Assembly (NCBI GenBank): GCA_028534125.1
Contig: CM052816.1
Coordinates: 69,938,001-70,002,000, forward strand
From: Lama glama
Taxonomy: Eukaryota
Direction: 5' to 3'
DNA length: 64,000 nt
Below the pieces are notes generated by a model. The model saw only the letters and a program-made list of their open reading frames with translations. It made no database searches and was not told where the DNA came from. Made by a program: the position numbers and the translations under genes. Of the stretch, positions 48,318-59,951 are shown piece by piece. The first letter of the stretch is position 1; the number at the start of each line of letters is the position of its first letter.

Positions 48318-51190
48318 AATTAGAAGGAGCTGGGCCAAGATAGTGAACTAGGAAGACCCTGAGCTCACCTCCTCTCATAGACACACCAAAATTACAACTA
48401 TTTACAGAGCAACTATTGAGAAAACCCAGAATCTAGAAGAAAAGATCATCTCTAACTAAAGATATAAAGAAGGAACCAAAGTGAGACTAGTAGGAGGGGG
48501 AGACTCACAAACAGGAGGATAATTACAATGCAGAGTTTCTCCCCAAGGAGCAAGGGGTCTGAGCCCCACATGAGGCTCTCAAGCCTGGGGGTTCTGCACT
48601 GGGAAGACGAGCCCCCAGAACATTTGGCTTTGAAGGCCAACAGGGCTTACTTTCAGGAGACCCATAGGGCTGTGGGAAATAGAGACTACCTCTTAAAAGG
48701 TTCACACAAAATCTCACACACTCTGGGATCCAGGGAAGAGCGGTAATTTCAAGGGAGCCTGGGTCAGATCCTTTTGCTGATCTTCCAGAGTCTCCTGGAG
48801 AGGCAGGAGGTAACTGCAGCTCACCCTGGGGACTTAGAAGACTTTTGGCAGCAGCCGTTTGGGGGAGCTCATTCTACTACAAGGACAGTGTTACTGACAA
48901 GTGCCATTTTTGGAATCCTGTCTAGCTTATTAGTACTAGAACCTGGCCCAGCCCACCAACCTGTAGGCACCAATATTGCGGTGCCTCAGGCCAGGCAGTT
49001 AGCAAGGTGGGAACAGCCCCACACACCAGGAAGCAGGCTACCTTAAGACCCCCTGAGCCCATAGCTACCCGGGACATGGCCCTGTCCACCAGAGGGCCCT
49101 GTAGTCAGAGGCCCCAGGACCACTGCCGACCCTAAGCTTGTCATACAAAACCCAGCCCACCCACCAACAGGCTAGCACCAGCCCTAGGATGCCACGGGCC
49201 CCTCAGTCAGCTGTCCTACCTAGTGTCTGGTACCACCTACTGGTGAGCCAAAACCAGCTCAAGGACCCCCAGGGTCCTGCAGCGAGAGGTCCTGGGACCC
49301 AGCTCCACCTACCAGTGAGCCAGCAAGAAACCACAGGACTCGGCTTCATGCACCAGTGGGAGGACATTAGCCCCCAGATCCTGGGCCCAGAGTCTGCCCA
49401 CCAGCAAGTGGTCACCAACCCCAGGACCACTGCAGCTCCACAATCTGCCTTATCAGGACCAAGCAAACATACCAGCAGGCCGACATCAGCACTGAAACCC
49501 CTTGGACTACTAAGTCAGCTGATCCGGGGTCCAGCTCCCTGCACCAGGGTGCCAGCACTAGTGTTGGGACACCACAGTACCCACAGCCACCCATGTCAGG
49601 AAACAAACCCACCCACCAGTAGGCTGACACTAGACCCTGGAACCCAGCTCTACCAACCAGTAAGCCAGGACTAGCCCCATGCCCTCCTGGGGTTCCACAG
49701 CCAGCCGCCTCTGCACAAGATAAGGCCTGGTGAAAAACTGGACCAGGGGCCACCCACGCCTACCAAATTGCCCACAGTAGTCAGCCTGCCACAACAGAAG
49801 GACCCACGCACCCCACGTAAGGGGCAGGCACCCTTAGATCATATAGCTTTAGTGACGAGAGAGGAGCATGGTGCTGGGATGCAGAGAACATTTCCTATAA
49901 AAGGCCATTTCTCCAAGGCTGGGGAACATAAATAACCTACCTTCTATTTATATAGAAATAAAAACAGAAAATTAGGCAAATGAGGCGAGAGGATGACATT
50001 CCAAATGAAGGAACAAGATAAAACCCCAGAAGAACTAAGTGAAGATATGCAGTCTATCTGATAGAGTTCAAAGTAATGACTGTAAAGATGATCAAAGAAA
50101 TCGGAAGAATGAACACAGTGAGACATTTAACAAAGAGTTAGAGGATATAAAGGAGAACCAAACAAAGCTGAAGGATACAATAACTGAAATAAAAAATACA
50201 CTAGAAGGAATCACAGGAGATTATAGATGATGCAGAGGTATGGATCAGTGAGCTGGAAGAAAGAGTAGTGAAAATTATTGAAGCTAAAAGAAAAAAGAAC
50301 AAAAAGGAATGAAGACAATTAAAGAGACCTCTGGGACAACATCCCTATGTTCAACATCCCTAATCATTAGAGAGACGCAAATCAGAACCACAGTGAATGG
50401 TGTTGAGCTATCACCTCACACCTATGAGAATGGCTATCATCAAAAAGACCACAAATAAATGTTAGTGGGGATGTGGAGAAAAAGGAACAAACCTTTGTGC
50501 ACTGATGGTGGGACTGTAAACTAGTGCAGCCACTATGGAAAACAGTATGAAGGTTCCTCAAAAAAACCTAAAAACAGAATTAGCAATATGTCCTAGCAAG
50601 TCCACTCCTAGGCATATATCCAGAAAAAAATGAAAACACTAATGTGAAAAGATACATGTACCTCAGTGTTCACAGAAGCACTATCTACAATAACCAAGAT
50701 ATGGAACCAACCTAAGTGTCCATCAATAAACGAATGGATAAAGATGTGGTATAAATATACAATGGAATACTACTCAGCTGTAAAAAAAAAAAGAATGAAA
50801 TGTTGCCATTTGCAACAACTTGGATGGATCCAAAGGGTATTATGCTTAATGAAATAAATTAGATAGAGGAAGACAAATACTGTATGTTATCACTTATATG
50901 TGGAATCTAAAAAATAAAACAAATAAATAAATATAACAAAACAGACACATAGAGAACAAACTAGTGGCTACCAGTGGAGGGAGAGAAAGGGGGAGAGTAC
51001 AAGATACGGGTAGAGGATTAAGAGGTACAAACTACTATGTACAAAATAAATAAGCTATAAGGATATATTGTATAATTGAGGGAATTTAGCCAATATTTTA
51101 TAATAACTATAAATGGAGTATAATGTATACAATTTTTGAATAACTATGTTGTACACCTGAAACTAATACTGTACTATACCTCAATTTAAA
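48318..51190 (+). mobile_element. L1 with full 5' UTR and ORF1 N-terminal half joined directly to the ORF2 C-terminus and 3' UTR
   Basis: 5' start CCAAGATAGTG...GAAGACCCTGAGCTCACCTCCTC. ORF1 coiled-coil remnant (ELEDIKENQTKLKDTITEIKNTLEGI). ORF2 tail (MFTEALSTITKIWNQPKCPS). TSD-like AAATTCAGTACCAA (48304-48317) and AAATTCAATATCAA (51191-51204). Confidence 0.88.
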
Positions 51191-52692
51191 AAATTCAATA
51201 TCAAGAAAATTGCTGATGAGAGTGCAATTATTACTACTATCATTACTGCCCCCCACCCCAAATAGATGGCGACAACACTCACTCTTCTTAATGAACCTTC
51301 ATCATTATGGAGAATACTCTTCAGAATATATCATGTTGACAATACTCTTTTCAGCATTTGGCCACTTAAAAAATGAAGCTCTAAGATCTGACAACTGAGT
51401 TCTTCAAACTAGGATAGTGGTAATATTTACAAATCTACATAGACTCTACAAAATAACCATAAGTTCAGAAATGTCACTTTTATTAATATGTTTTTAAAAA
51501 GGTAGAACACTGTTTGCTACAAATGTTTACTATGAATATCTAAGGTAAGTATAGCATTCTGTGAAGCATCGTTAGAGATGTGGAAGTAAAAAATATAGGA
51601 AAAAAGGCTCAGGAAGTAATTTGGATAGTGTAAAATAAGACACATACCCAGAAGAGAATACTTGGGAAACAGCTCTCACTGAAGTGAAGATCCACAAATT
51701 GTTGCTGCTGAAGTTCTGGTCATACAAAATGGTTACTATTCTGGGACGCCCATAATATCCCGATATGCCAGATTAATCTTCCTAAAGTTCAACTTCCAAA
51801 CTCAGTGTCCACCTCAAAATCTTTGAAAGAAAGGGAACCATGGTGGATTAGATCCAAGTTTACACAGCTTTTCCTCTAAAGGTACTCTCCAGTTTAGACA
51901 GCTAGGAGCATCAAGAACTCAAGCAGAAAGCAGTAGTCTTATCAGCAAAAGAAGTCTGAAGAAGGACGTTAGGATTCCCAGAGAAGCTGGAAATTTAGGG
52001 GCAAAAAATGTGAAAAGGAGGAATTCACAGAGCAGAGAAATTCTGAACTGCACAAGAATGGACAAGGCTCTAAAACAATAGCTGAGAAGGCTAAGAGAAC
52101 CGAGCAGAGATTCCACCTGCTTGCTACACAGGAGACTGAGTTTGGAGTTCCACAGAGTTAGAAGGACTTAGTAAACACCTTGAGCTTTCCATCCAAACCT
52201 CAGGAAGGTCATGCTTTTTATTTTTCAACATTATGTTTCAGGACTAGGAGGAGTAAAACTGCAACAGACCTACTCCAATAAAGCATAAAATATATCCTCC
52301 ATAAATTCAAGGTTTTCTATCAGTAATTTAACTGTCTGCTAGAACAAAATTCGTCACAATACCACTGGGATTAACTAGATAAGCATAAGAGATAGGGAGT
52401 TAATAGATTATTGATACTTCTAAATACAAATTGGTTTGATCATTAACTGATAACTAATGTTTCAGGGGCCAATCAGCATATTAGTAAGAAGTCATACATT
52501 CACCAAAAGATATGTGTAAGAATTTTCATTTTAGAATTATGCATAATAACTCCAACTGAAAACTACCCAAATGCAGTTAATAAATAGTGCATAGGATGAA
52601 TCTTGTATATAGATAAACATATTAAAATCTCATGTGACTTAAAAAAGAGTAATCATAACATTTCAACCATTAGGTATAGACAGTTATTCCTT

Positions 52693-55600
52693 TCTTTAAA
52701 TTAAATTTTGTTTTATTTTTAAAAATAGAGGTATAGTCAGTTTAAAATGCTGGGTCAGCATATTTCTGGTGTACAGCATTTCAGTCATACATATACATAT
52801 ACTGCTTTTCATACTCTTTCATTATAGGTTACTACAAGATATTAAATATTGCTCCCTGTACTATACAGTAGAAACTTGTTTATCTATTTTATATATAGTA
52901 GTTAGTATCTGCAAATCTTGATCTCCCAATTTATCCCTCCTCACCCCCTTACTCCCCTCCCCTGTAACCATGAGTTTGTTTTCTATCTCTGTGAGTCTGC
53001 TTCTGTTTTGTAAATAAGTTCATTTGTGTCTTTTCTTTTTTAAGATTCCACATATGAGTTACATCATATGGTATTTTTCTTTCTCCATCAGGCTTACTTC
53101 ACCTAGAATGATGATCTTGAGGTCCATCAACGTTGCTGCAAATGGCATTATTTTATTCTTTTTTACGGTGGAGTAGTATTCCACTGTATAAATGTACATC
53201 CAGCTCTGTTCTTTTTCCTCAGGGTTGCTTTGGAAATTCTGGCTCTTTTGTGGTTCCATATAAATTTTAAGATTATTTGCTCTAGTTCTGTGAAAAATGT
53301 CCTAGGTAATTTGATAGGGATCACATTAAATCCGTAGACTGCTTTGGGTAGTATGGCCATTTTAACAATATTAATTCTTTCAATTCAAGAGCATGGGATG
53401 TCTTTCCATTTCTTTAAATCATCTTTTATTTCTTTAACCAATGTTTTGTAGTTCTCTATATATAGATCTTTCACTTCCTTCGTCAGATTTATTCCTAAGT
53501 ATTTTATTGTTTTGGATGTGATTTTAAAAGGGATTGTTTCTTTACTTTCCTTTTCTGATATTTCATTGCTAATGCAAAGAAATGCAACTGATTTTTGTGC
53601 ATTAATGTTGTATCCTGCCACCTTGCCTAATTCTTTTATCAACTCTGGTAGTTCTTAGGGTTTTCTATATATAGTATCTATACATAAAATCACGTCATCC
53701 ACATATAGTGACAATTTTACTTCTCCTCTTCCAATATGGATCCCTTTTATTTCTTTTTCTTGTCTGATTGCTATGTCTAGGACTTTCAAGACTATGTTGA
53801 ATAGAAGTGGTTAAGAGTGGGCAGCCTTGTCTTGTTCCAGATTTTAGTGGGAAGGCTTTCAACTTTTCACCATTGAAAATTATGTTGGCTGCAGGTTTGT
53901 CATAAATAGCTTTTATTAAGTTGAGATGTTCCCTCTACACCCACTTTGGTAAGAGTGTTTATCATAAATGGATGTTGAATTTTATCAAATGCTTTTTCTG
54001 CATCTATTGAAATGACCGTGTGATTTTTGTCCTTTTCTTGGGTTGATGTGGTGTATCACATTGATTGGTTTATGTACGTAGAACCATCCTGGTGTGCTGG
54101 GATGAATCTAACTTGGTCATAGAGTATGTTCTTTTTTATGTGTTGTTGGTTCTGTTTGCTAATATTTTGCTGAGGAGTTTAGCATCTATGTTCATCAATG
54201 ATACTGGGTTATAGTTTTCTTTTTTGGTAGCGTATTTTTCTAGTTTTAATATCAGGGTGGTGGTGGCTTTATGTGAGTTTGGAAGTATTCGCTCCTCTTC
54301 AATCTTTTGGAAATTTGAGAAGGATCGGTATGATTTTTTCTTTGTATGTTTGGTAGAATTCCCCACTGAAGCCCAGATGGTCCTGGACATTTGTTTGAAG
54401 GGAGGGTTTTTTGTTTGTTTGTTTTGCTGATTCTATTTCATTTCTAGTGATCCATCTGTTCAAGTGATCTATTTCTTCTTGATTCAGTTTTGGTGGACTG
54501 TCTATTTCTAGCAACTTGTCCATTTCTTCTAGGTTGTCCAGTTTGATGTCATATAGTTGTTCATAGTATATTCTCTAACAGTTTTTTGTATTTCTGTGGT
54601 GCTGGTTGTAATTTCTCCATTTTCTTTTCTTATTTTATTTGTGTCCTTTCTTTTTTCTTGTTGAGCCTGGCCAGAGGTTTGTCGATATTGTTTACTCTTT
54701 CAAAAAACCAGCTCTTGGTTTGACTGATTTTCTCTATTGTTTTTTAAATCTCTGTTTTATTTCCTCCCTGATCTTTACTATTTCTTTCCTTCTGGTGAGT
54801 TTAGGTTTTGTTTGTTCTTTTTCTAATTCTTTCAGGTGGCTGGATAGGTTGTTTATTTGAGATTGTTCTTATTTTTTGAGAAACACCTGCATCACTACGG
54901 AATTCCCTCTTAGGGCTGTTTTTACTGCATCCCATAGATTTTGTGTGCTTGTGCTTTCACTGTGATTTGTCTCAAGGTATTTTTAAATTTATTCTTTGAT
55001 TTCATCAGACCCATTGGTTTTTTAGTTGCATTTTGTTTAGTCTCCATGCAGTCGTTTTTTGTTTGTTTGTTTGTTTTTCTTCCTCATTTTTTTTTTCCTG
55101 TGGTTGATTTCTAGTTTCATGCCATTGTGGTCAGAAAAGATGCTTGAAATAATTTCTGTCCTCTTAAATTGCTGAGGCTTCTTTTGTGTCTGAGTATGAG
55201 GTCTATCCTAGACAATGTTCCATGTGCACTTGAAAAGAATGTTTATTCTATTTTGTTTTGTTTTTGGGTTTTTTTTGGGAATGTGAAGTCCTAAAAATAC
55301 AAACTAAGTCCAACTGTTCTATTGTGTCATTTAGTATCTCTGTTGCCTTACTGATTTTATCTGGAAGATCTGTCCAGTGATGTTAGTGGGGTGTTAAAGT
55401 CTCCTACTTTTATTGTGCTCCCATCAATTTCTCCCTTTATGTCTGTTAGTATTTGTTTTACATATTTAGGTGCTCCTTTATTCGGTGCATATATGTCAAC
55501 ATATGTAATATCCTCACCTTGTATTGCTTCTTTAATCATTATATAGTATCCTTCTTTATCTTTCTTTATGGCCTTTGTTTTAAAGTCTATTTTGTCTGAT

Positions 55601-55765
55601 ATGAATATTGCTACCCCTGCTTTCTTGTCATTTTCATTCACGAAATACCTTCATTCATGAAATACCTTTTCCATCCTCTCACTTTCAATCTATGTGAGTC
55701 CTTCACCCTAAAGTGGGTCTCCTGTAGGCAGCACACATGGTAGGCTCCTATTTTATTATCCACTC
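52693..55765 (-). mobile_element. 5'-truncated L1 (ORF2 EN to RT, internal deletion near 53200, 3' UTR), sense to NDUFS4
   Basis: ORF-track 55357..55641 (KKAGVAIFISDKIDFK...GDFNTPL), 54136..54390 and 53385..53642 (KYLGINLTKEVKDLY). 18 bp TSD TATAGACAGTTA(T/C)TCCTT at 52675-52692 and 55766-55783. Confidence 0.95.
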
Positions 55766-56384
55766 TATAGACAGTTACTCCTTATGAATTTCTTTAACCT
55801 AAGTATGTGACTTATAACACTCCATATATTACATGAAACATAAAACTGAAAGATACCAACACCTAAAAAACTATGTCTATAAATCATTTTGCCAAACAAA
55901 ATAGAATTCTATTTAAAATGCAACATGGGAGATATTTTTAACACAAATTCTCCCAGGTACACTACCAAAAAAAAAAAGACATTAAGTTTCATACTTCTCT
56001 AAAATGAGACATAATTTAAATAGGTTACTACTTTCAACTGGAGACTGAACACATATAATGTCCCAGGAGTCTCAGTAAGAAAGACAATTTTCTCGAAATC
56101 TGGCGATTTTCTCAAGTAGTGGCTCTTTTCATTCAAAGAGGTGGCAGCCCTGCTTTTTAACATTTTGGCCTATTCCACCATAAGGATTAGGCCAGTAACT
56201 TCATTAGCGCCACAGAGTTTATGACTACTTTATTCCAATACCTGTAAATTGATTAATCACTAGATGTCAGGAACTTACAAGTTTACCTCAAAATAGCCAA
56301 TTTCTAAACTCATCTCCTCCTCTTATAAATAAAAATTTACTTTATAAAGAAACTTTATTTTAAAAATAAGTAAAGCTTGAGAAG

Positions 56385-56395
56385 CAAGATGGCGG
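56385..56395 (+). promoter_or_regulatory. YY1 motif at the start of the L1 internal promoter
   Basis: CAAGATGGCGG at about +10 of the element, the position where L1 5' UTRs carry a YY1 site. Confidence 0.65.
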
Positions 56396-57581
56396 AGTAG
56401 AAGGACGCTTGTAGTTAACCCTCTCTCACAAATACACCAAAACTCACATCTATGGACCTACTAAGCCAACCAGAGCACCTGCTGAACTCCTACAGAACAT
56501 CACCCTCTTCGAAAGACAAAGATGCCAAAAATCTGGTAGGAAAAAAGGAAAAAAGAAAGAAGAAAAAGCAAAACAGTGCGGGACTGATCCCACAGGGAGG
56601 GAGTGGCAAAGGAGGGATAGCACTCCTTCACTGGGTCTCCCCTCTCCAATGAAGAGGCCAGCGGGACAGAGGGGGAGCCTCCAAGGCTCAGATCTGCCCC
56701 GAGCACCCCTTGACCGACAGAACTAAGTTAAACAGGCACAGAGGGTCCCTGCGACACCCAGCCCGAGACACGAGCCAGCAGCTGGGGCCAGGACAGGTTG
56801 CCTGAGCTGGGTGGAGGACTGGGGCAGCTGCACTGAGGCAGCCCTAGGGGACTGCAGGGTGCTGCGTGTGGTGGCTGGGAGGGGATACGGAGCAGAACAA
56901 CCTCAGTTCCCCATAAATTGCGAAAAAAGCAAAGCAACACGGCTGGTGTGCCCTGGGGGGAGGAGGGTGGTAGCCTTTGTCTCCTCAGACCCTTGCGGCC
57001 ATTATTGGCGCTTCTTGCAAGAGAGGCGGGGCGCAGCCACAGCCGCCATATCCTCCTGTGCACAGTGCCCAGGAGGGGGCGGGGCTGAGACCTGAATCTG
57101 CACCCAGGGGCTCCGCAACCTCCTGGGCAGGACTGAGACTTGTTTACAGCCCGAGGCAGATAGCATCTTTCTGCCCTAGCCCCTCAGAGAACTCGTGCCA
57201 CCAAGACAAACAAGGTGCTGAGATTTGGCACAGAGCAGGGGTGGGGCCGTTCCACGGTCTACCCCAAGCCCGCCTATGGAGCGCTGACCCAAGGTGGAGC
57301 AGGCAGCTGCACAGAGCAGCAGAGCTACTGGCGCTGGGAGAGGGTGGGCGGAAACCCGCCTTCCTGGCAGGAACGCAGCACCAGACCATGGTGCTGGGAG
57401 GGGGCGCGATCCACCTACCTGCCTTGCCCGAGCACAGCATCTGACTGCGGCATTGGGAGGGGGAGTGACCCACCCGCCCACCAGTTTTATTCCTGTATAG
57501 GCTTTAGATAGATCAATAAATAAACTCCTTAAGGACCACAATAGATAACTGATACTCCTGAAGCCACAGTGCCAGAGAGAT

Positions 57582-58491
57582 ATGAGCAATATGAAGAAGC
57601 AGAGGAACCACTCCCAATTAAAAGATCAAGAGAAATCCCCTGAAAGCACGATCAAGGAAATAGACTGATGGCCTGCTAGATCAAGATTTCAAAAAAGGAC
57701 TGATCAAAGTACTGAAGGAACTAAAGGAAATAGTGTTTAGAGATATAAAATATGTCAAAAATGAAATAGAAGCTATAAAGAAGAACCAAGTAGAATTAGT
57801 AAACTCATTTGCTGAGATGAGAGCTGACCTAAAGGCTGTACAAAGAAGGCTAGATAATGCAGAGGAATGAATAAGTGACCTAGAAGACAGGACAACAGAA
57901 AGTACCCAATCAGAACAGCTGAGAGAAAAACAAATAAGAAACAATGAAAACAATATAAGGGACCTATGGGATAAAATAAAGCATGCCAATCTACACATAA
58001 TAGGGTTTCCAGAAGGGGAAGAAAGAACAAAGGGGATTGAAAAGGTATTTGCAGAAATCATGACTGAAAACTTCCCAAACCTAAAGAAGGAGTCAGAGAT
58101 CCAAGTACAGGAGGATCAGAGAGTCCCAAACAGGAAGAACCCAAACAGACCCACACCAAGACATATCATAATCAAGAATCAAGACGGCCAGAAGTCAAGG
58201 ATAAAGAAATGATGCTAAAGGCAGCAAGAGAAAAACAAAGAGTGAGTTACAAGGGAACCCCCATAAGGCTCTCAGCTGATTTCTCTAAACAAACACTACA
58301 GGCCAGAAGGGAGTGGCAAGATATATTCAAAGTCCTGAATGAAAAAAAAGATGCAGCCTAGAATACTCTATCCAGCAAGGCTATCCTTTAGAATAGAAGA
58401 AGAGATAAGGAACTTCACAGACAAGCAAAAACTAAAAGAGTTTAGCAACACTAAACCCATGCTAAAAGAAATATTGAAAGGTCTACTCTAA
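57582..58491 (+). pseudogene. Disrupted L1 ORF1p
   Basis: MSNMKKQRNHSQLKDQEKSPE...RDLWDKIKHANLHIIGFPEGEE...ENFPNL...NPNRPTPRHIIIK...EILKGLL*. Broken by an early frameshift/stop (~57666), an in-frame TGA (~57868) and further indels. Confidence 0.9.
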
Positions 58492-59648
58492 ATAGAAAAG
58501 CAGGATGCTACAAAAATGAGAAACTCGTAACTGGAAAGGTGATAACTACCATGAATTCCAAATAGAATAAACACAAAATTGTAAAAGACGACATCTAAAT
58601 CATTAAGAGTGGGAGAGGGAAGCAAGGAAAGCCACTGTGGAAAACAGTATGGAGAGTCCTGAAAAGACTAGGAATAGACTTACCACAGGACCCAGGAATC
58701 CCGCTCCTGGGCATATATCCAGAAGGAACCCTACTTCAGAAATGACATCTGCACCCCAATGTTCATAGCAGCACTATTTACAATAGCCAAGACATGGAAA
58801 CAGCCTAAATATCCATCAACAGCTGACTGGATAAAGAATAGGTGGTATATTTATACAATGGAATACTACTCAGCCATAAAAAATGACAACATAACGCCAT
58901 TTGCAGCAACATGGATGCTCCTGGAGAATGTCATTCTAAGTGAAGTAAGCCAGAAAGAGAAAGAAAAATACCATATGAGATCATTCATATATGGAATCTA
59001 AGAAAAAAACATAAATACAAAACAGAAATAGACTCAAAGACATAGAATACAAACTTGTGGTTGCCAAGGGGGTGGGGGTAGGAAGGGACAGACTGGGATT
59101 TTAAAACGTAGAACAGATAAACAAGATTATACTGTATAGCACAGGGAAATATATACAAGATCTTGTGGTAGCTCACAGCAAAAAAAAAATATATATATAT
59201 GTATGTTCATGTATAACTCAAAAATTGTGCTCTACACTGGAATTTGACACATTGTAAAATGACTATTACTCAATAAAAAAAGTTAAAGAAACAAGTAAAA
59301 GTGTCACTAAATTATTAACACTATTCATAAGATGTATCTTAAACTAATAATATATAGCTTGGGGACCATGCTAAGAGTGATCACAGTGTCAGCCATTTTT
59401 ATCTAATAAATAGTACTCTGAAAGAGCCTGTTCTTACAGTTTACTGTTCTGGGCCACGATTATATATAAATAATATACTATGGAGGTCTATATCATTGAA
59501 CATAGTGGTATCTACACAAATGGTCTCAAAAAGTATTGTCATAAAGCGTACTGTATATAAAAGAGTTTGAAAATCAGCATATTTAAAAGGAAAAGCTACA
59601 TAGAAAAAGAGAGTTGAAAATACTACTCAAATTAAACCAATGTACTCA

Positions 59649-59822
<174 letters not shown>

Positions 59823-59848
59823 CTACGGAAAAACAAGCAAATGTGTTT

Positions 59849-59951
59849 TTTTTTTTAATTTTTTTATTGAGCTATAGTCATTTTACAATGTTGTGTAAAA
59901 TTCCAGTGTAGAGCACAATTTTTCAGTTATACATGAACATACAAAAATTCA
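59849..59951 (-). mobile_element. ~100 bp L1 3'-end insertion with AATAAA and A-tail, just upstream of the exon 3 acceptor
   Basis: The reverse complement reads GTATGTTCATGTATAACTG...GACTATAGCTCAATAAAAAAATTAAAAAAAA. TSD core CAAATGTGTTT at 59838-59848 and 59955-59965. Confidence 0.92.

Larger units (their letters stand above)
56375..59286 (+). mobile_element. Relatively young L1 with CpG-rich 5' UTR and complete but disrupted ORF1; ORF2 is missing except for the last ~120 codons; 3' UTR and A-tail present
   Basis: Start CAAGATGGCGGAGTAG, ORF1 at 57582-58491, junction at 58631/58632, ORF2 tail (PLWKTVWR...MFIAALFTIAKTWKQPK). TSD-like AAAAATAAGTAAA (56362-56374) and AGAAACAAGTAAA (59287-59299) at a TT/AAAA site. 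Confidence 0.93.

Noticed and set aside
48450..49760. Cluster of long GC-rich overlapping ORFs (also 56450-57590 and 15380-16870) as a hidden gene or ORF0 equivalent
   Set aside because: GC-rich L1 5' UTRs are depleted in stop codons. The peptides have no recognisable domain and no supporting splice structure.
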